IMG/VR virus record: IMGVR_UViG_3300037504_000331
Direction: 5' to 3' (one strand)
Length of the DNA: 20,000 bases
Origin: an uncultured virus (IMG/VR IMGVR_UViG_3300037504_000331)
Lineage: Duplodnaviria; Heunggongvirae; Uroviricota; Caudoviricetes
Shown here: piece by piece, positions 1 to 8,497 of the stretch
Layout: every line of letters starts with the position of its first letter
Position numbering within the stretch: position 1 is the first letter of the stretch
The notes under the pieces: generated by a model
Seen by the model: only the letters and a program-made list of their open reading frames with translations
What the model was told of the DNA's origin: nothing
Database searches by the model: none
Program-made: the position numbers and the translations under genes

Positions 1-1206
1 CTCCACAATGTCGAGCAGAAACTTCATGTGCTCGATGAGACGTGGAACCTTGGCCTCTCCCATCTCTCGACGGATCGTGCTGATCTGACCGAACATCTCG
101 GCGTTGGGGTCGATCAGATCGCTCACGTTGAAGTTGAGCATCCGTTCGTGGCGCAGGACTTCTCGAATCCGGCCGTCCGGTTCCAGGTACGCAAACTCGT
201 AGGTCTTATCCGGCAGGTCCTTCAACACGTCGGTCTTCAGCCGGCGGATCATGAAGTTCGACCGGAGTCGCGCCTGTAGCTCGGGAAGTCGGCCTTTCTT
301 CTCGATGTTCACCTGCTTGTCACCGATGTCCACCATGGCCGACGGGTTAAAGCGATAGGTGAAGTCGTCATAGGACATCCAGTCGATGGATTCCGGGCAA
401 AGCGCATTTGCCAGCGTGTAGCATTCTCGCGGCCGGTTTGGCAAAGGCGTGCCAGTCAAGGCAGTTATCCTGTCCGACCTTTCCGCCAAGTTCGGTCGCT
501 TGGATCGACCGCCGCCGAACACAGCGCGCGTGCGCTTGGCGTCTGGGGTCTTTAGGTAGTGGGCCTCGTCGAGGATGAGGTGGTCCCAGTGCGTTTCGCA
601 CAGCATTTCGAGCAGATCATCGTTACGCAGCATGTCGTAGGAGACGATGACCCATGGGCTCTCCTGATGACCGAGTCCGACCTTTGGCACGCTGGTGGCC
701 TTGAGGATCGGGAACGGCCGTGAATCCTCCGGGCCCATCCAGGACCAGTTTTCGATCTCTCGACGCCAGTTGAGACGGATCGAGGCTGGGCAGACCACGA
801 GGTTGAGAGGTAACTCGTGCTCGTTCGAGATCGCGATGGCCTGGATGGTCTTACCAAGGCCGGGCTCGTCGCCGATCAGGACGTTTGGATGCTCTCGGCT
901 GTAGTAGGCCGGAACCTGCTGGAAGGGCATGTACGCCTTGCCACGCGGCGCCGGAATGTCGGCATCCACTTCAGTCGCCCAGGAGAGCTTGTAGTCCTCC
1001 CACATGCGCCCCAGGCGCTCCTTGGTGCGCGAATCGCCTTCACGGAAGAACGGCAACGCCGCGTAGGGGCAGTTGGTGAACCAGACCTTCTCGCCGTTCT
1101 TCCCGCGGACTCGCGTGGATAGCGTCAGGCCGACGGATTTGCAGTATGCCTCATCGTCTGAGGTGACAACGTACTCATCGGTCTTCGGGTTGAACTGCAA
1201 AGTCAC
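1..1206 (-). CDS. SNF2/HARP-family SF2 helicase/ATPase, N-terminal part (runs off the left edge)
   Basis: Own translation from GTG at 1206 (not in the ORF track): LIGDEPGLGKTIQAI (Walker A), LVVCPASIRLNW, HLILDEAHYLK (DEAH), LTGTPLPN, MIRRLKTDVLKDLP. Confidence 0.9.
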   Translation of the reverse strand, partial: MTLQFNPKTDEYVVTSDDEAYCKSVGLTLSTRVRGKNGEKVWFTNCPYAALPFFREGDSRTKERLGRMWEDYKLSWATEVDADIPAPRGKAYMPFQQVPAYYSREHPNVLIGDEPGLGKTIQAIAISNEHELPLNLVVCPASIRLNWRREIENWSWMGPEDSRPFPILKATSVPKVGLGHQESPWVIVSYDMLRNDDLLEMLCETHWDHLILDEAHYLKTPDAKRTRAVFGGGRSKRPNLAERSDRITALTGTPLPNRPRECYTLANALCPESIDWMSYDDFTYRFNPSAMVDIGDKQVNIEKKGRLPELQARLRSNFMIRRLKTDVLKDLPDKTYEFAYLEPDGRIREVLRHERMLNFNVSDLIDPNAEMFGQISTIRREMGEAKVPRLIEHMKFLLDIVE

Positions 1207-1634
1207 GGCTTGTCGACCTCCACGCCCGCCTCGTGGAAGAGCTGACGGGCCTTAGCGTAGTCATCTTGCCAGATCACGGGGCCGTGAACGACTCGGCGGA
1301 TGCCGGCGCTGATGATGAGCTGGGAACACCCACGGCACATGCACGGAGCATAGGTGACGTAGAGCGTGCAGCCCTTCAGCGAGTGGCCGTCCTTGGCGGC
1401 AGCCGCGATGGCATTCATCTCAGCGTGGATCACGCGGTCGTGCTTAACGCCGCTGGCCCACATCTCCGCGGTCTCATCGACGCCGGGAGGGAAGCCGTTG
1501 TAGCCCGTTGAGATGACGTGGTGGTCATCGTTGACGATGACGCAACCCACCTGGGTGTCGGGGTCCTTCGAGCGCTCGGCCGCTTGGACCGCTTGCCCAT
1601 AGTGGTACGCATCCCAACTCGGAACTTTTCTCAC
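1203..1634 (-). CDS. dCMP deaminase
   Basis: RSKDPDTQVGCVIV, STGYNGFPPG, HAEMNAI, PC..C zinc motifs; adjacent to thymidylate synthase. Confidence 0.92.
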   Translation of the reverse strand: MRKVPSWDAYHYGQAVQAAERSKDPDTQVGCVIVNDDHHVISTGYNGFPPGVDETAEMWASGVKHDRVIHAEMNAIAAAAKDGHSLKGCTLYVTYAPCMCRGCSQLIISAGIRRVVHGPVIWQDDYAKARQLFHEAGVEVDKP

Positions 1635-1652
1635 GGCTTCCCTCCCTTGCGC

Positions 1653-2528
1653 TTAGATCGCGGTGCCTTCGCCGGGTTTACCTTGGGCGCTGATCGAGCC
1701 CTTGAGGACACCTTGGTGCTCGTAGTCGGCAAGCTCGAAGTCGTGGAACTCGTACTTGTCGATGGCATCCGGCGTGCGATGAATGATGAGTCGCGGCTCC
1801 GGCAGCACCATCCGGCTGCACTGCTCCTTCACCTGATCGACGTGGTTCTCGTAGATGTGAACGTCGCCGCCCTGCCAGATGAACTCGTCCGCCACACAGC
1901 CGAGCTGGTCTGCGACGAGGTGCGTCAGGAGAGAATACTGGGCGATGTTGAAGGGGACGCCCAGGAAAGTGTCGCACGAGCGCTGGGTCATGACCAACGA
2001 GATGCGGTTCTCGATACGGTAGAACTGAAGGTTGAAGTGACACGGCTTGATCGCCATCGCCTTGAGCCAGTCGGGCCGCCACGCGGTAATCATGTGGCTG
2101 CGCGCCTCGGGCCGATCACGCAGACTGTCCATCGTGACCTTGAGCTGGTCGATCTCCTTGGCGCCGCCGAACTGATGGCGCAGACGTTCGTCGATGGTCC
2201 AGTGCCGCCACATATAGCCGTAGAGCGGGCCGACGATACCGTCTTCGTTCGCCCAGGTATCCCAGATGTGGACGCCGTTTTGATGCAGGAACGAGACATC
2301 CTGATGGCCGCGCAGGAACCAGAGCATCTCGACGGCGAGCGACTTCCACTGGGTCTTCTTGGTCGTGAAGACGGGAATCTTGTAGCCGCTCAGGTCAAAC
2401 CGGAGCTGTTCGGCGAAGCTCTCGTACCGGCCTTCTTCGTCCGCGGGCTTGCGGTACGGCCCGGCAAGAATGCGCTCGCACATATTCAGGTATGCGCGCT
2501 CGCCGTACATCGAAGTCAGGTCTTTCAT
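1653..2528 (-). CDS. thyA: Thymidylate synthase (ThyA family)
   Basis: VEMLWFL, IWDTW, GPLYG, catalytic PCH, QRSCDTFLGVPFNIAQY, GDVHIYENH. Confidence 0.95.
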   Translation of the reverse strand: MKDLTSMYGERAYLNMCERILAGPYRKPADEEGRYESFAEQLRFDLSGYKIPVFTTKKTQWKSLAVEMLWFLRGHQDVSFLHQNGVHIWDTWANEDGIVGPLYGYMWRHWTIDERLRHQFGGAKEIDQLKVTMDSLRDRPEARSHMITAWRPDWLKAMAIKPCHFNLQFYRIENRISLVMTQRSCDTFLGVPFNIAQYSLLTHLVADQLGCVADEFIWQGGDVHIYENHVDQVKEQCSRMVLPEPRLIIHRTPDAIDKYEFHDFELADYEHQGVLKGSISAQGKPGEGTAI

Positions 2529-2842
2529 GCGTCTTGTCTCCTCTCGAAGAGCACCGCGTCTCCACGGTGCGTGTTCACCTGGATCGTCACCGGGTCCAGA
2601 TGGGCGGGATTGCAGCAGTCCCGGGTCCTACAGGTGTGATCCAGGACGTGCTTCTCTGGGATCGGGCCGACGAGCAGCTCGTAGACCAGACGATGGGCGA
2701 CGTAGATTCGGCCCTGCCACCTGACCTTGCCGTACCCATTGCCGCTGTTCCACCGCCCGGTCCATCGCCAGCATCCCGTAGCAGGGCAAACCTTGATACG
2801 GGATCGGATACGCTCGGGCAAGCTCCCGAACGCGTCTCTCAT
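2525..2842 (-). CDS. HNH endonuclease (phage zinc-binding HNH_3 type)
   Basis: TGCWRWTG..GYG..AHRLVYE..DHTCRTRDCCNPAHL..N pattern. Confidence 0.9.
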   Translation of the reverse strand: MRDAFGSLPERIRSRIKVCPATGCWRWTGRWNSGNGYGKVRWQGRIYVAHRLVYELLVGPIPEKHVLDHTCRTRDCCNPAHLDPVTIQVNTHRGDAVLFERRQDA

Positions 2843-3234
2843 CCGCCTTGGATGTGCCGGAGGAATTGAGCGATCATGTCCTTGGCGTGTTGGCGGTATG
2901 CCGCCTGCTGATCCTCGTCAAGCTGGTCGAAGTTGTCGCCAGTGACCGCGCAGTCCGTACGCGCGACCTCCTCCAACGCCTTGTTCCAGTCGTGCGAGGT
3001 GAGCCACAGGAGCAAGCAGAGCACGTCGGCCGCCGTGTTGATATGCCCGTGCGCGTGATCCATGCCATACGCCTGTACGCGTGCCGTTTGGGACACGTCG
3101 TTGCCGTCAGGATCGAAGACATGCACGGAACCGACACCGGCCTCGAAGTGAAGCTGCACGTGGCCTCGGGGCAGTTCGAGGGTTACGTCGTAGATCGACG
3201 GGTCCTCGTCATTCTGAATGAGTCGAAAGGTCAT
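2839..3234 (-). CDS. Hypothetical protein
   Basis: ORF with ATGA overlaps to both neighbours; start taken at MTFRL (3234). Confidence 0.7.
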   Translation of the reverse strand: MTFRLIQNDEDPSIYDVTLELPRGHVQLHFEAGVGSVHVFDPDGNDVSQTARVQAYGMDHAHGHINTAADVLCLLLWLTSHDWNKALEEVARTDCAVTGDNFDQLDEDQQAAYRQHAKDMIAQFLRHIQGG

Positions 3235-3629
3235 CGCTCGTACCACTCCTTCCGGTCGCGGTCGCGGCCAAGGCCGCCGCGGATCATGTCAAGGTTGCTC
3301 TCCTCGCGGTAGCGCAGCGGCGTCGGCGTCGTGTCGGCGTGCTCCTCGCGCGAGACCACGTCGGGCTGATCCTCGTCAGCGATCCGTTGCAGATAGCCTT
3401 CGAGGTAGGAGACCCGCTCGGTGAGCCGGGCGACCTCGGTTTTCAACGCGGCCTTGTCCTTCTCCAAAGCGAGGGCCCGGTCCCGCTCTTTATCCGCTCG
3501 CTCTATGGCCGCTTCGTTTCCCTGGAAGCTCTCTTCCAGGCGCTTCTTCAGGCCGTCCTCGGAAGCGAGGATTTCGGCTTTGGTACGCGTGTCCTTCTTG
3601 GCACGCTCTCGATAGAACTGGCTTGTCAT
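3231..3629 (-). CDS. Hypothetical coiled-coil protein
   Basis: AGGGAGACG RBS; heptad-like segment LEKDKAALKTEVARLTERVSYLE. Confidence 0.75.
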   Translation of the reverse strand: MTSQFYRERAKKDTRTKAEILASEDGLKKRLEESFQGNEAAIERADKERDRALALEKDKAALKTEVARLTERVSYLEGYLQRIADEDQPDVVSREEHADTTPTPLRYREESNLDMIRGGLGRDRDRKEWYER

Positions 3630-3636
3630 CGTCTCC

Positions 3637-3819
3637 CTACTCCACGGATACGCGGCGTTCGAGATCGGCCTTTAGCGCGTCCCGACGTTCGCGTAGCTTG
3701 TCGATGGTGAATTGACGGTCGCCTTCCATCACGCACGTGTCGCCGTCGTCCTGCTGAAGGCAGACAAGCTCACGCTGTACCGATAGAAGTTCGGCCCGTA
3801 ACTCGTTGGCGGTTTTCAC
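3637..3819 (-). CDS. Small hypothetical protein
   Basis: GGGAGACG RBS before GTG; first gene downstream of the leftward promoter. Confidence 0.7.
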   Translation of the reverse strand: MKTANELRAELLSVQRELVCLQQDDGDTCVMEGDRQFTIDKLRERRDALKADLERRVSVE

Positions 3820-3875
3820 TTATTCGTCTCCCTTGTGCTCGCTTAGAGGGTCGGCTACCCTTAGCGATCCCGGAA

Positions 3876-3904
3876 AAGCTATCGACCGTGGTCCCTCCTG
3901 TCAA
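3876..3904 (-). promoter_or_regulatory. Sigma70-like leftward promoter TTGACA-17-TAGCTT
   Basis: Minus strand TTGACA GGAGGGACCACGGTCGA TAGCTT. Confidence 0.75.
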
Positions 3905-3946
3905 CGCTCTAAAACCACACACCAGTGTGTTGACAGGAGGGACCAC
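3888..3946. repeat. Perfect 18-bp inverted repeat formed by two back-to-back promoters
   Basis: GTGGTCCCTCCTGTCAAC (3888-3905), 23-bp spacer, GTTGACAGGAGGGACCAC (3929-3946). Confidence 0.95.
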
Positions 3947-3959
3947 CTCCTTCTAGCTT
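3930..3959 (+). promoter_or_regulatory. Sigma70-like rightward promoter TTGACA-18-TAGCTT
   Basis: TTGACA GGAGGGACCACCTCCTTC TAGCTT upstream of the HTH/primase operon. Confidence 0.75.
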
Positions 3960-3992
3960 CCCTCCGAGACCTCTATGTTGGGAGACGACCGG

Positions 3993-4412
3993 ATGGCGCA
4001 GAATATCAGCCTTGGCAGCTTGGCCGACCTTCTGAAGGTGCATCCTCGGACTGTGCTTCGTGCGCTGACCGGTGAAGAGAATCCGCGGTATGACGAGGAT
4101 CACGATGACGAGACCATGTTTCTCGACGAAGACAAGGTCTGCCGTGATCTCAACATTCCGCCGAAGGTGTGGAGACGCGTGAAGGCGAATAAGGACAGCT
4201 TCTTGACACGCAAAGAAGTCTTGGACGCCCACGAAATCGCACCGTCCACGTTCAAGCGCCGGAAGTATCCTATCGCCGCACAGTTCCAGCGGCACTGCCG
4301 GTATTCCGAAGTCGACGTGAACCGCCATCGTGTGGAGAACTTCGGACACGATTTGGACCGACCCAAGAGCCCTCCCAACAAGGACGATGATGACCTAGAG
4401 AGTATCCTTTAG
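3993..4412 (+). CDS. Putative DNA-binding protein with HTH-like segments
   Basis: GGGAGACGACC RBS before ATG 3993; SLGSLADLLKVHPRTVLR and LTRKEVLDAHEIAPSTFKR resemble Xis/AlpA-type HTHs. Confidence 0.65.
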   Translation: MAQNISLGSLADLLKVHPRTVLRALTGEENPRYDEDHDDETMFLDEDKVCRDLNIPPKVWRRVKANKDSFLTRKEVLDAHEIAPSTFKRRKYPIAAQFQRHCRYSEVDVNRHRVENFGHDLDRPKSPPNKDDDDLESIL

Positions 4413-4427
4413 CCGTGGGGAAGACTA

Positions 4428-6611
4428 TTGTCTAACGATAGCAACTCCCGGCTGGAATGGGCTCTCAAGCTCGCGGAGCAGGGATTCCGTATCTTCCCGC
4501 TTCAGCCCGGGTCGAAGACGCCTTTCAAGGGCTCTTGGAAGGACATGGCGACGACCGATCCGGATATGATCCGGACATGGTTCGAGAACAATTCGTCGAT
4601 CAACTACGCCGTAAACCCAGATGACAAGCACGTCGTCATCGACATCGACCGCAAGCCAGACGAGATCGACGGACTCGACAACTTCGTATCCTTGGCGGTC
4701 GAGTCGGACGACTGGGATTGGGCGGATTTCGATTCGTGGGAAACCTTCACGGTCCAGACTCCGTCGGGCAAGGGCGGCTACCACGTCTACCTGCGCACGG
4801 ACGAGGCCGTAGGTAACTCTCACCAGCTCTGGCCCGAATCCATCGACATCCGCGGCGTCGGCGGCTACGTCGTCGGTCCAGGCTCTTACCTCGATGCAGG
4901 AGAGGGCAAGAGCGGCGAGTACAGCGTCGTGAAGGACGCTGAGCCTGCTCCCGCCCCCAAGTGGGCCAAGGACCGCTTCAGGCGCGGCGGAGAGCGCACA
5001 GCAGCCGCAGACGAAGCATTGTTCGACCAGGACACGCCGGCCGCTATCGAGCGCGCCCGTGATTTCCTCTCCCGCCGCAAAGTCGCCGTCGAAGGCCAGA
5101 AGGGTGAAGAGCACACCCTCGTGACCGCCATGCACCTTCGCGACATCGGTCTCTCGGCCGAGAAGTGTGTCGAGGTGATGTGCGAGAAGGGCGGATGGAA
5201 TGAACGCTGTGAGCCGCCGTGGGAGATCGGTGAGCTATCGGTCAAGGTCGAGAATGCTTACAAGTACGCGAAGAACCAGCCTGGGCAGAAGCAGGTCGAA
5301 GCCGACTCCTTCGGCGACATGGAGGGTGTGCAGGACATCTCAGAGATCGCCGAGAAGTTCGAGCAGGAGCGCGGAGCGCCGGCCGAGACTGCCGAGGGTC
5401 TAGCCTCCCTGTTTTTCAGGGGCGCTAGCCTGCAACATCGCGGACACCGCCGGGAGATGATCGTCCCGGAGTGGCTTATGGCCCACGGCCTCACCGCTGT
5501 CAACGCCAAGCGCGGCCAGGGCAAGTCCATCATGATGATCGACCTCGCCTGCCAGATCGCGCTCAAGGAGGACGGCGACGACCGCACGTGGATGGGTCAG
5601 CCTATCGCGGACGGCTGGAAGGTGATCTACATCTGCGGCGAGGACGACGTGGGCCTTGAGGAGAACCTGCGCGCCTGGATGAAGTACCATGACAAGGAGC
5701 TGCCAGAGGACCGGTTCGCCGTCATGGCGGGTACGGTCGACCTGATGTCCGCGGACTCGGTGAAGGCTTGGACTCAGTTCCTCTACGACAACTTCTCCCA
5801 GGAGCGCACGGTCATCTTCGTGGACACTTGGCAGCGCGCATCGAGCCGCGGCGGCCAGAACAAGGACGAGGACATGCAGATGGCCGTCCACCACGTCGAG
5901 GCGATGGCGAAGAGCCTGGGCGGCCCTGTGGTCGCGGCCTTTCACCCGCCGAAGGACGGCTCGAAGACGCTACTGGGCTCGTCCGTGCTTGAGAACTCCA
6001 CGACCGGTATCTGGGACATAGAGGACTCCAACGGCGCCCGCAAGCTCTCCGTATCGCGGATCAAGGGCAAGGGTATCGGCAACTACGTCCTCTTCGATGT
6101 CCACGAGGTCGATCTCGACGAACAGGACGACTTTGGCAAGCAACGCTCCGGCGCCATTGCGAAGCGCTTGGGCGGGACAGAGGAGCTAGCTGTGAAGAGC
6201 GAGAACCTGCGCAAGACCGTAGCGAAGATCATCTCCGAGATCGAGGAGTGGCGGAAAGCGAACGACCCGACCACCAAACGAAAGCTCACTCCCAACGAGA
6301 TCGACCGGTTCATAGGCCAGGGCGGCAAGCTCGGTGAAATGATCTCTGAAATGGACTCCGACGGATATGCGACTCCAGATGCAAAGTGGGCGAAGAGCGT
6401 TTTCGACCGGCTGCGTGATGTCAACTTCGTGCATGGCAAGTACCGCAATAGGATACCAGAGCTGTTCTCCGATCATCCTATGGATATGGGCGACGGCTAC
6501 GTTCTGCGCCTTATCAAGCAGAACGAGAAGATGAGTTACTTCGAGTTCGAGCGCGGCACCCTCTTCAGCGATGATGAGGACGAGGACGACAGCGACAAGA
6601 TCGACACATAA
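4428..6611 (+). CDS. Bifunctional primase-polymerase (Prim-Pol) fused to a RepA/AAA_25-like helicase
   Basis: N-terminal GFRIFPL..K.P, VVIDID, TPSGKGGYHVY, IDIRGVGGYVVGPGS; C-terminal AKRGQGKS (Walker A), YICGED, VIFVDT (Walker B), FHPPK..LGSS. Confidence 0.9.
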   Translation: MSNDSNSRLEWALKLAEQGFRIFPLQPGSKTPFKGSWKDMATTDPDMIRTWFENNSSINYAVNPDDKHVVIDIDRKPDEIDGLDNFVSLAVESDDWDWADFDSWETFTVQTPSGKGGYHVYLRTDEAVGNSHQLWPESIDIRGVGGYVVGPGSYLDAGEGKSGEYSVVKDAEPAPAPKWAKDRFRRGGERTAAADEALFDQDTPAAIERARDFLSRRKVAVEGQKGEEHTLVTAMHLRDIGLSAEKCVEVMCEKGGWNERCEPPWEIGELSVKVENAYKYAKNQPGQKQVEADSFGDMEGVQDISEIAEKFEQERGAPAETAEGLASLFFRGASLQHRGHRREMIVPEWLMAHGLTAVNAKRGQGKSIMMIDLACQIALKEDGDDRTWMGQPIADGWKVIYICGEDDVGLEENLRAWMKYHDKELPEDRFAVMAGTVDLMSADSVKAWTQFLYDNFSQERTVIFVDTWQRASSRGGQNKDEDMQMAVHHVEAMAKSLGGPVVAAFHPPKDGSKTLLGSSVLENSTTGIWDIEDSNGARKLSVSRIKGKGIGNYVLFDVHEVDLDEQDDFGKQRSGAIAKRLGGTEELAVKSENLRKTVAKIISEIEEWRKANDPTTKRKLTPNEIDRFIGQGGKLGEMISEMDSDGYATPDAKWAKSVFDRLRDVNFVHGKYRNRIPELFSDHPMDMGDGYVLRLIKQNEKMSYFEFERGTLFSDDEDEDDSDKIDT

Positions 6612-6643
6612 GAGAAGGGCCCCGAGCGGCAACCCGGGGCCCT
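6609..6643 (-). terminator. Intrinsic terminator hairpin between convergent operons
   Basis: AGGGCCCCG-N10-CGGGGCCCT stem (6616-6643), followed on the minus strand by TCTCTTA. Confidence 0.65.
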
Positions 6644-6675
6644 GAAGTCCATCTAACACATGAGGTGGTGCTAGC

Positions 6676-7071
6676 CTACTCGTGGATCACGACCGTCGCA
6701 AGAGGCTTGTCGTATGCCTCGGCGAGGTGGCAGGCGTTCACCCAGTCGCGACCCTCCTGCTTCCAGCCGGAGAAGAGCTTATTCAACGCCTCGTTACCTT
6801 GGCGGTATAGCTCCTGCGAATCGTGCGGATCGCCGTAATTCTTGCCCTGCTCATCCGCCAAACGCTGGATGTTGGCAAGGGCGATCCTCGGTGCTCCCGA
6901 CTCCACCTCGATGATGCTCTGGGTCAAGACCTGCGGCCGAATCCTCGACCGCAGGCTGATCCGGAAGCACATGGAGTTGTCGGGCCGAAGGTACAGCTCG
7001 ATGCGCAGCCTCCACGTCTGATCGACGAGCTGCGGTTCACCGTAGCTGTGGCCGTTCTTCTGTCCCTCCAA
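6676..7071 (-). CDS. Hypothetical protein
   Basis: TAAGGAGG RBS before TTG. Confidence 0.7.
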   Translation of the reverse strand: MEGQKNGHSYGEPQLVDQTWRLRIELYLRPDNSMCFRISLRSRIRPQVLTQSIIEVESGAPRIALANIQRLADEQGKNYGDPHDSQELYRQGNEALNKLFSGWKQEGRDWVNACHLAEAYDKPLATVVIHE

Positions 7072-7081
7072 GGCGACCTCC

Positions 7082-7618
7082 TTACTTGCGCCGCGCGAGC
7101 CGGCGGCTGATGGCGTCCCGGCTGAAACCGCTGGCCGCAGCCGCCGCCCGCACGCTGCCGTGCTGGTCGACGAGTTCCGCAGCCATGGCCGTCGTCAGCG
7201 TGGACGGGTCCTTGCGCGTCTCCTGGGCCTTCTGGGCGGCCTCCACGCCCTTCTTCGCCATGGCACGCTTCTTCAGCCCCGAGATGCGCTCACGGGCCTG
7301 CTGAGCGCCTTCACGAGCCTGATCCATGAAGCCGCGGCGGCGCTGCCGGCGATGGTAGTTGCGGATCACCCGCACGACCTCGATGGGGACGCCACGGTAG
7401 ACGGGGACGTTGTGCGTGGCCTGCTGAAGCGTGATCTCGCCGTTCTCGTACTTCCGGCGCATGCCGGCGCTCTTGAAGTGCGTCACGTGCTTGATCGGCT
7501 TGGCCGGGTTCCAGAGCGGCCGACCCTTCCGGTCGAACATCTGGTTCCCCATCTCGTCCGTCACCTTCGTGGCGCCGGGAATGATCGAAGTCTTCTCCAT
7601 GCGGAGTTGTGCGCTCAT
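7082..7618 (-). CDS. Basic hypothetical protein with C-terminal HTH module
   Basis: GGGAGACG RBS; C-terminus LVDQHGSVRAAAAASGFSRDAISRRL. Confidence 0.75.
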   Translation of the reverse strand: MSAQLRMEKTSIIPGATKVTDEMGNQMFDRKGRPLWNPAKPIKHVTHFKSAGMRRKYENGEITLQQATHNVPVYRGVPIEVVRVIRNYHRRQRRRGFMDQAREGAQQARERISGLKKRAMAKKGVEAAQKAQETRKDPSTLTTAMAAELVDQHGSVRAAAAASGFSRDAISRRLARRK

Positions 7619-7631
7619 GTGGTTCGTCTCC

Positions 7632-7811
7632 CTATTTGTTGAACATCGACCGGATCATGAGGTACGCGATAGCCGGCCAGCCGAAAACGCCGATGAGATA
7701 GAGCCACCATCCCATCTTTCGCCCCCGCTTCCGATAGCCGTAGGCGCCGATCTCGGTGAGACCGATCCCAGCTAGCAGATAGAGGGTAACGTACAAAGCC
7801 CAAGCGCTCAT
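7632..7811 (-). CDS. Small membrane protein, 59 aa, two predicted TM helices
   Basis: Own translation MSAWALYVTLYLLAGIGLTEIGAYGYRKRGRKMGWWLYLIGVFGWPAIAYLMIRSMFNK; ATGA overlap with the upstream gene. Confidence 0.7.
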   Translation of the reverse strand: MSAWALYVTLYLLAGIGLTEIGAYGYRKRGRKMGWWLYLIGVFGWPAIAYLMIRSMFNK

Positions 7812-8026
7812 CGGGACTTCCCCTTTCCTACGCAGGTCGGGCAGATGAACTTCCAGCGGTCCTTGTCCCGCCGGCCCCGCCAGCCGAAGAGGCGTATGAG
7901 GTCGATAGCTTCCAGAAGGTCACGCTGGGTGATCTCGCAGATACCCGGCATGTCCTCGATCTGGCCGCACTCATCGCACCCCAACGCCTCTTCTTGACCT
8001 GCGTAGACCTTTGGGAGGACCGGCAT
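7808..8026 (-). CDS. Small putative zinc-binding protein
   Basis: CDEC and CPTC pairs; abuts the GapR gene stop. Confidence 0.7.
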   Translation of the reverse strand: MPVLPKVYAGQEEALGCDECGQIEDMPGICEITQRDLLEAIDLIRLFGWRGRRDKDRWKFICPTCVGKGKSR

Positions 8027-8497
8027 CTACTCCATCCCGATGGCGGTCTTGTAGACGTGCAGAAGCTCCTCCTGCTCGGCACGATCCTGCTGATCCATCT
8101 TGCGCAGGCGCACGAGCTGGCGCATGACCTTCGTGTCGAACCCGTTGGCCTTGGCCTCGGAGTAGACCTCCCGGATGTCGGCGCCGATGTTGGCCTTCTC
8201 CTCTTCGAGCTTCTCGATCCGCTCGATGTAGGACTTGAGCTGGTCGCCCGTGATCCCCATCGTGTCGCCGCCGGTCTTGGTCTTCGGCTTCTCCTGGGTC
8301 TCCTCGGCGCCGTCGGAGTTGTGGCCGATGCCGGGCTCGGTCGACTCCGCGGCCGGCTCCTCCGTCTTCGGCTTCTTGTTGAGAACTCGCATGATCTTGT
8401 CGCGCGAGTACCCGCTGTTCGCAGCCGCTTTCCGGATGCTGCCGTGCTCGTCGACCAGGGTTTTGGCCTGATCGAACGTCAAGTCGCTATCAGCCAT
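8027..8497 (-). CDS. gapR: GapR (DUF2312) nucleoid-associated protein with an extra N-terminal HTH module
   Basis: QLKSYIERIEKLEEEKANIGADIREVYSEAKANGFDTKVMRQLVRLRK is the GapR signature; GGGAGACGAC RBS before ATG 8497. Confidence 0.9.
   Translation of the reverse strand: MADSDLTFDQAKTLVDEHGSIRKAAANSGYSRDKIMRVLNKKPKTEEPAAESTEPGIGHNSDGAEETQEKPKTKTGGDTMGITGDQLKSYIERIEKLEEEKANIGADIREVYSEAKANGFDTKVMRQLVRLRKMDQQDRAEQEELLHVYKTAIGME

Noticed and set aside
1518..2639. Long plus-strand ORFs (373 aa here; also 9322-10200, 16800-17618, 17455-18195, 18623-19378)
   Set aside because: Antisense shadows of well-supported minus-strand genes in GC-rich DNA; no RBS or recognisable motifs.
2525..2842. HNH as part of an intron or intein in thyA
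   Set aside because: thyA is uninterrupted and the HNH is a free-standing upstream ORF, which is common in phages.
7615..7803. 62-aa ORF from the track
   Set aside because: The alternative frame 7632-7811 gives a coupled two-TM protein and leaves the next RBS free.
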